Shown here piece after piece: positions 12,041-22,700 of a DNA stretch of 64,000 nt; position 1 is the stretch's first letter; each line of letters starts with the position of its first letter. Where the stretch lies: assembly GCA_950097015.1 (NCBI GenBank), contig CATNEN010000031.1, positions 2,046,001 to 2,110,000 on the forward strand, in the 5' to 3' direction. A program made the translations under genes and the position numbers. Origin of the DNA: Macrostomum hystrix. Lineage: Eukaryota; Animalia; Platyhelminthes. The notes below the pieces were generated by a model that saw only the letters and a list, made by a program, of their open reading frames with translations, did not search any database and had not been told where the DNA came from.

Positions 12041-12748
12041 GGTTTACGATCATTTTTCCACCCGTATTTCGGTTCACGATCCCCCTGTATTTTTCCATTT
12101 CAGTGATCATGGCCTGCTCGAAAGAAGCAAAAATTGAGAAACCAGGATTATTCGTTTCACTGGAAAAACTGAACGGAATAGCCGACCTAGTTTCTCCCAT
12201 GGCATGGCGATTCGTTGACAAAGGAAATTGGATTTCACTACTTCAAGCCGAAGGTCTTCTAGCTGAGTCAATGTCGTGTCTAACATGCGGTAGCGCAATG
12301 AAACTGACGCCTGCGCACAACACTGCAGACGGCCTCGTTTTTCGGTGCAAAACCAACAATACGTCTCCCTTTGGTGCCCATGTAAAACGCGTATCCATCC
12401 GGAAATCCATAGCAAAGCGAAATTCAAGTCAATGCAAGGAACGTCAGCTGTCCATTTTGCTTTGCATCTCGTCGAGCAGATGTATCGAACTCACCAAAGC
12501 AGCAAAGAGCCACGCGAACTTGTGAAGCAGTTCTGGAACGACCTGAAGGCAGTCTATTCGTGTGCGGCGCCAGCAGCAGTTTCTGACAGTCGTCTGTTCG
12601 ACTTGGACCTATCGGCGATTGAAATGGCTTGAATTAACGAATTCACATGCGCTCTGAACTAACTTTGCCACTTACCCGTTACCTCCCCCCCTCAGCTTCG
12701 GTTCATGATCATTTACATGTATGTTTGCCATTTAAATGATCGTAAACC
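12041..12748 (+). mobile_element. Non-autonomous Merlin/IS1595(ISXO2)-like DNA transposon derivative
   Basis: Perfect 15-bp TIR GGTTTACGATCATTT (12041-12055) / AAATGATCGTAAACC (12734-12748). Internal ORF has the zinc-ribbon-like GLLAESMSCLTCGSAMKL...DGLVFRC...KRVSIRK typical of the N-terminus of these transposases. No DDE core and no TSD seen. Confidence 0.65.
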
Positions 12749-13629
12749 AAAGTGGATATATAGGATCCTCTTCATGGAACAGTTCTGAAACGAGTTCTGT
12801 AACAAGCAACTCTTTCAATTTGATGAATGTATGCAAATGAGCAGATCTCTTTGCATAGTTTCATTCTGGTTGGCATTCAATCATTTAACGACAGACAGAT
12901 AAAAAGGCTTGAAGTTATTTTCAGTGCTGGTTTAAAATATGATTAAAAAACACGATTTTCTTACTAGTTACTCTTGCATATCTTTCTTATCCCGCCTGGA
13001 CTTTGGTCCGCTTATTTGTCCGATTCCCATCCGATATTTGACCGATTTCCGTACGAAATTCAGAAGCGGACGAAATTCACCCGGTTTTCGTCCGATTTCG
13101 ACGTCGTACGAAGCTGCGGACCAAATATCGGGCGAATCATCCGCTTCTTTTTGATGTTTCGTCCGAATTTCATTCGATTTCTCGTCCGCTTCCATTCCAG
13201 GCCAAAAAGCGGACGAGAAAGTGGACGAGAAAGCGGATGAATTTAGGATGAGGGAAAAATTTGTCCGATCTGTCGTCCGGTTTTTTATCCGACTGTTTGT
13301 CCGCTCCAATTTCAGAAAAATGCGTGCAGGCCGATACTTTGTGAACTGTATAAATTCTTTCGCTCTTGTTTGTGTTCCGTACTGTATTCAGCGTTGGCTT
13401 AAGCCACGTTTTTTTAAACCGCTTCGTTATTGCAATTATTTCAACTGTACCATTTTGTGCTCACTTTTGACACTATTGTTAAATAATAACTGAACGAAAA
13501 TAGTAATAATAATAGTAGTATAATAGTATTAATATATAGTATTATTATAATACGTATTTTAATCCGGGCTGTCGCCCGCCTAACAACCGGACGAAGAGCG
13601 GACATGTTTCCGGGTGATAGTGGATATAT

Positions 13630-13905
13630 ATATACACAGAAGACTCACGGTCTTCTTCCTTCACACACAGGCAGGCATACATACACAGAAGACTCAAGGT
13701 CTTCTTCCTTCACACACAGGCAGGCATATATAAACAGAAGACTCACGGTCTTCTTCCTTCACACACAGGCAGGCATATATATACACAGAAGACTCACGGT
13801 CTTCTTCCTTCACACACAGGCAGGCATATATAAACAGAAGACTCACGGTCTTCTTCCTTCACACACAGGCAGGCATATATACACAGAAGACTCACGGTCT
13901 TCTCC
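13630..13905. repeat. Tandem repeat, 49-51 bp unit x6, containing a splice acceptor
   Basis: CAGAAGACTC recurs at 13637, 13686, 13735, 13786, 13835 and 13884. Confidence 0.9.
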
Positions 13906-15047
13906 GCGAACTCCAAACAGAGCAGCGGCGCGCTGCCACACTGGAGCACAGAGCGGCGCAGTGCAACGGCTTAATTACGCAAGCCTCGACCTTGCTCTGT
14001 GGCAACGTCTCGGCAGCGACAGTCGTCCTGCCCGACGAACATTCAGAGGAAGAAGCCGTCCAAGCCGAGCAGCGTCAGGATAGCGAGGCAGACTTTGCAG
14101 TACAAATCGACACGTGCTTGTCAGCTGCACAGACACGTGCACTGCTCAATGTGTGTGCGAAAAGCTCCGCAGCGGGTGAAGCGTCGTCTTCCGACTCCTC
14201 TTTGAAAGTGCCGCTGTCGGAAAAGCAGCCGTACGTCCTTGTCAAACAAAAAAGAAAAATGGAGCTGCAGACGACCTTGCAGAATTGGAAGGATGTTGTC
14301 GTTAAGACGAGTGCCGAGTTGGTCCACACGGAGGAGCACATGGAGATGCGCAGCACTGCACGTCTGACAGTGATACGCAGCCTTCTTCGATGCCTGTTTA
14401 GCGACGCGGAGTTTACTAACAGCTCCATCTCCGGTCGCAAGTCACGGGGCCGTGTCTGCCTGGCAGCCAATCCGGCGAAGATTGCCACCGCGGAACTGTG
14501 GCTGTCAGCTGAAGGCGTTGACTACCGTCCGCGCGATTTTAAGCGGTCGTTCAACAGGTGCGAAGATAAATATATAAATGCTGCTTCTATACCTTTATAT
14601 TAAAGGCGCTCCGCTCCGCTCTTTAATACTCGTATAAAGCTATAGAAGCAGCGCTTAGCACCTTACCTTAGCGCTAATTGGTGCAGCTAGGTTTTAACTA
14701 TTCATTCCAGGTGCACTGAGACGGCTCGAAAGCGCGCCGGACAATCGGTCAGTACGACAGTAGCAAGCAGTGGACGGCGTGCTGTAGGCAATAAAAAGCC
14801 GATACGCAAGCGCAGCGCGAAAGTAGCTGCGAAGACGACATCAACATCGGCAGCAAGCTCCTCAGCTTCAGTGGTACTCCGTGTTATCACTGAAGGCGAG
14901 GCGGATGAGGCAGAGTCGCACGCCTTGCCTATTTCCTCGATGACGACATCTGCCAATCAAATCGTTTCTGATGTCAATCAGCTCATGGGCGACGAGCGTG
15001 CTGAACATGCTGAACAGGACATGCTGAACGTCTTGCTCGTTTCATGA
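13887..15047 (+). CDS. BEN-domain protein (coiled coil, BEN domain, basic/low-complexity tail); 5' end unresolved
   Basis: Exon ~13887-14557 (AG|gtgcga) splices in phase 2 to 14711-15047 (ttccag|G...TGA). The joined frame is open: IRSLLRCLFSDAEFTNSSISGRKSRGRVCLAANPAKI...FKRSFNRCTETARKR, matching the BEN pattern from memory. Confidence 0.65.
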
Positions 15048-16319
15048 ACTGCAGTTAGTGTGGTACAAGGATCGTAACATATGTTAGATAGATCGTAACA
15101 TACAACCGAAATATTTCGGTTGTAGGATTCTAGGATTTCCGGTTCTTTAATCGGTTATTAGGAAAAATGAAAATTTTATGATTACAGTCAGGATTGAAGC
15201 GGCTCTCCTTTTGGGCCGGGGACCGCTTGGCTCAGCTCGAGCTCGCGAGGCTGGGCACTTGTTTAATTTGGGTCATAGGTATGTCCGCCACAAGATCTTT
15301 GACGTTCGAATTCGGGATCTTTGATAATTATTTCCAGGATGTAGGACTCTTCTTTATAATTTTTTGTTTGCGAATCGATCTACATATTACTGGCTTTGGG
15401 ATCTTTCATATACTACATTTTGTTTCTGGGATTATGTGGTTAGCAGCTAGAATTTCGTGTCGTTCTGTTTTATCATTTTTCTTATCCTTTATCCAGCTTA
15501 TCATTTATCCTTATCCTATAATTTTTCATTTATCTTTTTTTCGCGTCTATTATTTTTTGTAAAAAACCACAATTTGCAGTTTTCTGATTTGGAGGTTTTT
15601 TGGTACTACGCACGGCAATTTCGTGACAAAATTTGAATGTAATTATGATATGATCACACTCGAAGGAGTGATATACAGTTTGATTTGATCGAAGAGGTAT
15701 GGCCTCTGATATACAATGAGCAAATTTTACAGTTCCACTAAACATGTAATATAATGGACTGTATTAGCAATAGGCTAATATTAGCAACATCATGGGAAGC
15801 TATGTGTAGTACCCTTTTTCCTCCGGGTTCGATCTTTCCAACTTGATTCCCTGTTATGTCGATCAAACCCATACATTAGTATTGCCTAAATCTGTATACA
15901 CATATTTTTAAAGTGATGTGTTCACTTTTCAACTTTAAAACAACATTTTGCAAACTTAAAAGTCAACCATTTCGAGGCCGCCTTCCAAAACTACACTAGT
16001 AACACTTGTCTAGTACACTTCCTAAAGCAATGTTTTTGTGCTTTTTTGGCCATTTTGCAATTTGACAATTTACAGCATTTGTCACTCAATACGTCTCTAT
16101 TCTGTCCCTCAATATATGCATTTTTGCTGCTTGGCTTCAATTTAATACATTTCTTATATACTCGGTGAATAAACTGAAATACAATTTACAGTGCCAGTCT
16201 GGATGCCAAGAATATACATAGTACGTCAATTTTTGCTATTTTCACAAATTAATCGACACCATTGTGGCTACGCTATTATTTTAGGCCTTCACTTACTTTT
16301 CTGTCCGCGTTTAACCGGC

Positions 16320-16575
16320 TTTTAATCTGCCTGCTTGTCCGAATCGCCAAATGAAGCGATTTGGTCCGCATTTCACCCGCTTCTAATCCGCCTGCTCGTC
16401 CGAATCGCCAAATGAAGCGATTTGGTCCGCATTTCACCCGCTTTTAATCCGCCTGCTCGTCCGAATCGCCAAATGAAGCGATTTGGTCCACATTTCACCC
16501 GCTTTTAATCCGCCTGCTCGTCCGAATCGCCAAATGAAGCGATTTGGTCCACATTTCACCCGCTTTTGATCCGCC
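16320..16575. repeat. 60 bp tandem repeat x4 in the right subterminal region of the TIR element
   Basis: Exact 60-bp period; each unit contains GTCCG motifs. Confidence 0.9.
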
Positions 16576-18549
16576 TGCTTGTCTGATTTGTTTAGTCAGT
16601 GCTAAAGTGAAACGGACGAAGCATCGGCAGATAAACGGATCAAACACCGGACTAACGAGCGGACGAACGTCACATGAGGTGAAGTTTTCGTCCGCTTTCG
16701 TAACTTTTCGTCCGCTTCGTCCGATTTTTCCTAATGGAAAAAATACATTATCAACCGGACGAACTATCGGATAAGTGAGCGGACAAAAGAACCGGACAAA
16801 AGTCCAGGCGGGATGGGGATCCTCACCAATTTCAGGGATTTTAAACCAAAGGAATGCCAACTTTTATTGTATTTACTAAAAAATTGTTGTATAGCTGTCA
16901 TAATGCTTTAGCAACAGCATATAAATTTGATAGTAATGTAGCTACTTATTTTTTAGTACCAAAAATGATAGCTAACTATTAATATCCATATTTTCAAAGA
17001 CAGTCTATTACTTAATGCATTTAAATGTATTGTTGTAAGCAATTTGTACTAGCCATAGTTAATTTAGACCTATATTGAACAAATTTTAAGGCTTTGTAAT
17101 GTGACAATGTGATGTGACTAAGTAGCTTGACTTGCTTAGCTAACTCACTGAAGTGACTTGCTCAGGTGTAAATTTGTTTGATGTTAAAACTAATACTATA
17201 GGGAATAAGCCAAAAATGTGTTCTACTTAATATTATGTTATAACAAAGTTTGTGTAACAGCCTTTTTGATTAGGTGAATATTAATAAAAAACAAGCAATA
17301 AGCCAATAAGCATATCATTAAACTTGATTACACAATTCATTTGCCCTTCTGCCTTTTCTAAATATCCATAGCCTTACCTATAACCTATACATACTTGAAT
17401 ATTGTGCCAGACCAGTAAGACCCCAAATACCAAGCTGGGGTATAAAAAAGTCTATTATATTTAATATATTAATATATTAAAGCGCCAATGGGTGCAATTA
17501 AAAACAAAGCACAAGCAGGGCATGCTAATCGCAACCTAATAAAACAAATTAAGTAAAAAATGTAATGATTCATGGCAATGCTGTCTAAACACACTATACT
17601 GCAAATATGCCTTAATCGATAACAACCGATACTTTAAACTGAAGTCCCAGCCATAGCTTTATGGATAGCCAGGTTCAGTTAAAAAAGGGAATATCTATAT
17701 ATTTTATAGATATGAATGAAGTTGGCATGAGTTCTTTAGCAAATTAAATTGATATTGATATATTTAGTTTTCTTCACATCAATTAGCCTACATCACAGTA
17801 CAACAAATTCCAAGAATGTAATGCTGATGCCGTCTTCACTCAAACATGCGCGCATCTGTATAGTCCGGATAAGCGCATGACTACGTTCGATCGATTGACA
17901 TAAAAATGGGTGACATTCTATTTTCGAATTTCGTCGTGGCATTTATCTTGTACATGGTTAAACAATTATTGAATCCTTTTATGTATAATCGTGGCCATAT
18001 ATTTGCAGAATAATCTTTTTGCTTTTTAAATAATCAGAAAAATTATTTTCAGAAAAAGACTGAAGCTGAGTAGCAATAAAAAAACTATTTTTTTCGTTGA
18101 TCAGTGCATATCAGGTGTAAAAATTTGTAATTTCGATGTAATTCACTTATATTGTAACGTTAGGTGGAACTAGCTTACGACTGATGTCAGACGCCAAAGC
18201 TGGCCGAATTAAAATAATATATGTTTGTTTGCGAGTGAGAGATCGTAATCAGTTAAATTAAAGTATAGACTAAAGCGATAAGGTACGCAATGAGCGTAGC
18301 GAATCTTGAGCGAATACGCAATATACACTGTATTACCAAGGACCAGAAGTGGTCCTTGTGTATTACCCATGGATAGTCCAATTTTGGCTACTTTCGTGCC
18401 ATATACTTTATTATATAAAAATTTAATATATATAAGATACAGCTATAGACCTATTAAAATCAGTGGTCCTAATTGTATCTTATATCCATGCAAGGCGTGC
18501 AAGGACGTATCGCTCGTATGCATGCTGTAACTAATTTGCAGCGATTCCC

Positions 18550-19000
18550 TAGCCCACTTTGAATCCCAGGTGGTGTGCTATGCAGACGACAGAGGTCTCG
18601 GTAATTGTATACAACGCTGAAAATGGAATGTTACAGAGCTAGGCACAGGAAAAACAGCTCGAAGCAGTGCACTTTGGGCGCCTTCAAACGAACCGATAAT
18701 TTTATACTAACCCGCGCTTGCATTAACGAGCGCACGCATCTAGCTGTTACTGCCTTCGGCCGCGTGCTTTCGACTGCGACCTGTTTGTGGCTGGCAGTCC
18801 AGATGATTCGCTGCAGGGCCAACACTAGCTAGGAGTCCAATGACACGGACGAGTTATGATGGACTACTCGTACTTGCCCAAAATGTTCTGAAGAGGTCCT
18901 CAGCCTTTGTTCTAAGGCGTTAGATCTGATAGTCGTTGGGAATGTTTGCCTGGAGAGCTGAACACAATTTTTATGAATTGTGCCCATCATGATCATGCCA
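18550..19000 (+). mobile_element. Degenerate non-LTR retrotransposon reverse-transcriptase remnant
   Basis: VVCYADD motif (18570-18590) followed by frames broken by stops. Confidence 0.4.
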
Positions 19001-19783
19001 CTTTATCGGATTAACTCAAATGCAATAGAAAATTAGAAAATCTAATTAGAGGAAATCTGCCGAATTCTCCTAATTCAGCAAAGATATTTTACCTATGATG
19101 GTAAAATCGGCGCAAATGCCGCTCCAATTAACTGATTAATTAATAATTAGGTTCTGTTTGGATTGCCATTTGCGAGGAAAGTTGGCGCACGTACAGGAAA
19201 TTAATACGATGTATATGGCAGTTGCAGATGGATGCCACAGAGACAAGCTATTATAATAGATCTCATACTTTTGCCTGCTCTGATCCTGAGCCTTGTTTCA
19301 ATAAACCAGAGGATCTAGGCGCCATGGCAACCGAGTATCGATCGTTGCGTGGCTATTGTGTTGGCTCAGCACACATTTGACCCAGAACTCAGCTCCACAC
19401 CAGGTCTAAGTGTAGACAAAGGGCCGCTACATAGAAAGCTGCTTGTGCACTTTGTGCTGGGCTGAGATGAGAGAGGTTGGAAAATTGATGCGGTCTGCCT
19501 TCACAATTAGCGTATAGTCCCTAGCAATATGCCTCGATTGCTCTCTGATATTCTATAACAGGCGCTGGACTCCAACATCCAGTGCTCCTGCATGGGTGCC
19601 TCGCAATTTGGGAAGAGATTTTGGTTGGGAAGAACGAGAGAGAGAGCAGTCCGTAAAGTGCGGACACCAGAATTGGACCAATCGAGTGTGGCTTTCTCTT
19701 TTGTCGTTTGTCTTTCCACCCAACTATAATAAGTCTATGGCCAGAAAGAGACACCGGGCTGGACATTCAGCACAGGCTAAGGC

Positions 19784-22700
19784 ATGGCAACGTCGACTAT
19801 CGCAACGTCAACTCCAGTAACCTCCGCGATCAACGCCACAGTGGTACCACCTGGCCCCACCACAGCACCCTACCCGAGACTAGTGGGGCCGTGCCCCGAC
19901 CCGCGCTGGTACCTGCACCTGATAGCTGGTCTGGCCAGCCTAGTCATCGGGCCGCTGATCATCCTGATGGGCCGGCTAATCGGCTTGGCCCTGGCAACAG
20001 CGGTCGCTTCCAACGGGCTGCTGCAGCGAGCCATTGTTGAAGTCGATCCGCAGTCAACCCTGCACCCGGGCAACAAGAAGAGCTTAAAGATGCGAAAGAA
20101 GGCCAGGAAAAAGTTAAAAAAGGCTCAGAAGAGACCAACGTGCCCGTCGGCAGTGCGAGACTGGGCGGCCGGCCTGCTGTGCGCCCAGAGCCCCTTCGGC
20201 CTTGGCCTGATGCTCGTGGCGTTCTTCCTCAGCATGGCCTCGTTCGCCATCTACGCCACGGAGGCCGCAGCCCTGAACGGCCTGGTTGAGTACTGCGCCC
20301 GTCTGCAGAACTGGCCTCTGCTGTGCGTGGACCTGGCTTTCAACTGCTTCTTCGGCCTGCACTTCAGCTTGCGCTGCCTTGCCGCCCAGAATCCGCTGGC
20401 CTTCTGGCTGGAGCTACAATCCGTCATCGACTACTGCACCGTGCCGTCGACTGTGCTTGGAGCCTGCATTGGCCAGTACTGGCTGGGCCTACGGTTCATG
20501 CGTGGCCTACGACTGCTGGCCCTGCCTGATCTTCTGCTGCACCTGGGCCTGGCCCGCAGCGGCTACAGCATCCGCCTGCTGCAGCTCTTCACCATCTTTG
20601 TCAGCGTCTGGCTCATCGGCGCCGGCATGTTCCACGTCCTGGAGAACTTCGGAGACGCACACAGGCAGTTTGAGAATAACTATGTGAGTGATTCTCAGTG
20701 TCTGGAGTGATTCTCAGTGTCTGGAGTGATTCTCAGTGTCTGGAGTGATTCTCAGTGTCTGGAGTGATTCTCAGTGTCTGGAGTGATTCTCAGTGTCTGG
20801 AGTGATTCTCAGTGTCTGGAGTGATTCTCAGTGACTGGAGTGATTCTCAGTGTCTGGAGTGATTCTCAGTGTCTGGAGTGATTCTCAGTGTCTGGAGTGA
20901 TTCTCAGTGTCTGGAGTGATTCTCAGTGTCTGGAGTGATTCTCAGTGTCTGGAGTGATTCTCAGTGACTGGAGTGATTCCCAGTGACTGGAGTGATTCTC
21001 AATGACTGGAGTGATTCTCAGTGTCTGGAGTGATTCTCAGTGACTGGAGTGATTCCCAGTGACTGGAGTGATTCTCAATGACTGGAGTGATTCTCAATGA
21101 CTGGAGTGATTCTCAATGACTGGAGTGATTCTCAGTCACTGGAGTGATTCTCAGTCACTGGAGTGATTCTCAGTCACTGGAGTGATTCTCAATGACTGGA
21201 GTGATTCTCAGTCACTGGAGTGATTCTCAATGACTGGAGTGATTCTCAGTCACTGGAGTGATTCTCAATGACTGGAGTGATTCTCAGTGTCTGGAGTGAT
21301 TCTCAGTGACTGGAGTGATTCTCAATGACTGGAGTGATTCTCAGTGACTTGAGTGATTCTCATTATCTGTAGTGATTCTCAGTGACTGGAGTGATTCTCA
21401 GTGACTCAATAAACAGACTCAAGTGATTTCGGCGGCACATAAGAACTGTTTTCTTTAATAACAGAATTAATACAATTCTGCTGATTTGAGTTTGGCTAAG
21501 CAATGATTTAATACTTTCAGCTGCAATAAAAACTATTTAAGAACTGAATAATTGAAAAGATAATAACATAAAATGAATGAACTAATTAAACATTGGACGA
21601 ACCAAGAACGTGAATCAACCCCAGTATGCCATTCTTAACACGCTTGCGTATTTCTTATTCACACAGACATTCACGGTGCGGTGGCAAATTTAGTCAGTTC
21701 ACCTGGCTACCAATATTGGTCTTCCCCTTATGTGGACAATGGACATTAGGTTGGCCCAGAATAAATACACCTCATGCCCCTCTGACACCCAAACAGCTGG
21801 TCTGGTGTTTACTGTAGCTTACTGTCTGAGTAATTTAGAGCGTTGCTATTAGCAACGCTTAGCCTGAGCTAAATTTTCACTCTTGCCACAGCAGCAGAAG
21901 AAGCAGATTGATTTTTCAACCTAGATTTAATCCACAACTTTGTTTACACAGCAAATAAAAATAAGAATAGTTGATCACACCTGCCCAATCGGATCAGATA
22001 AGCAGGGATGCCACACCCACCCTTATTCACATCACCAACATTCACGCCGTTATAATTCGACATAGAACTGGTCGCTACGTTCTTTGGTCCTTTAGAAAGG
22101 GAACTGGTGGTTGCTTGGTCCTTCTAACAAAAAACTGGTCGCTACGTTCTTTGATCCTTTAGAAAGGGAACTGGTGGTTCCTTGGTCCTTCTAACAAAAA
22201 ACTGGTCGCTACGTTCTATGGTCTTTCCGACAGAGAACTGGTGGTTCCCTTGGTCCTTCCGACAGAGAACTGGTGGTTCCCTTGGTCCTTCCGACAGAGA
22301 ACTGGTGGTTCCCTTGGTCCTTCCAACAGAGAACTGGTAGTTTCATTGGTACTTCCGACAGAGAACTGGTGGTTCCCTTGGTCCTTCCGACAGAGAACTG
22401 GTAGTTTCATTGGTCCTTCCAACAGAGAACTGGTGGTTCCCTTGGTACTTCCGACAGAGATGGTGGTTCCCTTGGTCCTTCCGACAGAGAACTGATGGTT
22501 CCCTTGGTCCTTCCGACAGAGAACTGGTGGTTCCATTGGTCCTTCCGACAGAGAACTGGTGGTTCCCTTAATTTTTCCGACAAAGAACAGGTGGTTCCCT
22601 TGGTCCTTGAAGTCGTTAGACGTACAGTACTAAAGCCCGACAAATTTTCAAACGAGCAAGCAACTTCTGACAAGCACGCTTAGACAGCGATTTCTCACCG

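Larger units (their letters stand above)
12991..16812. mobile_element. 3.8-kb TIR element (CMC/EnSpm-like, probably non-autonomous) carrying a BEN-domain gene
   Basis: TIR CCCGCCTGGACTTTGGTCCG (12991-13010) vs CGGACAAAAGTCCAGGCGGG (16793-16812), 19/20 match. AT flanks both ends (2-bp TSD). Dense subterminal GTCCG/CGGAC motifs at 13005-13310 and 16310-16800. No transposase recognised inside. Confidence 0.75.

Noticed and set aside
15101-15135. Helitron 3' end (hairpin plus CTAG)
   Set aside because: The palindrome is AT-centred, CTAG is followed by G rather than T, and no 5' TC end or Rep/helicase is seen; it lies inside a TIR-bounded element.
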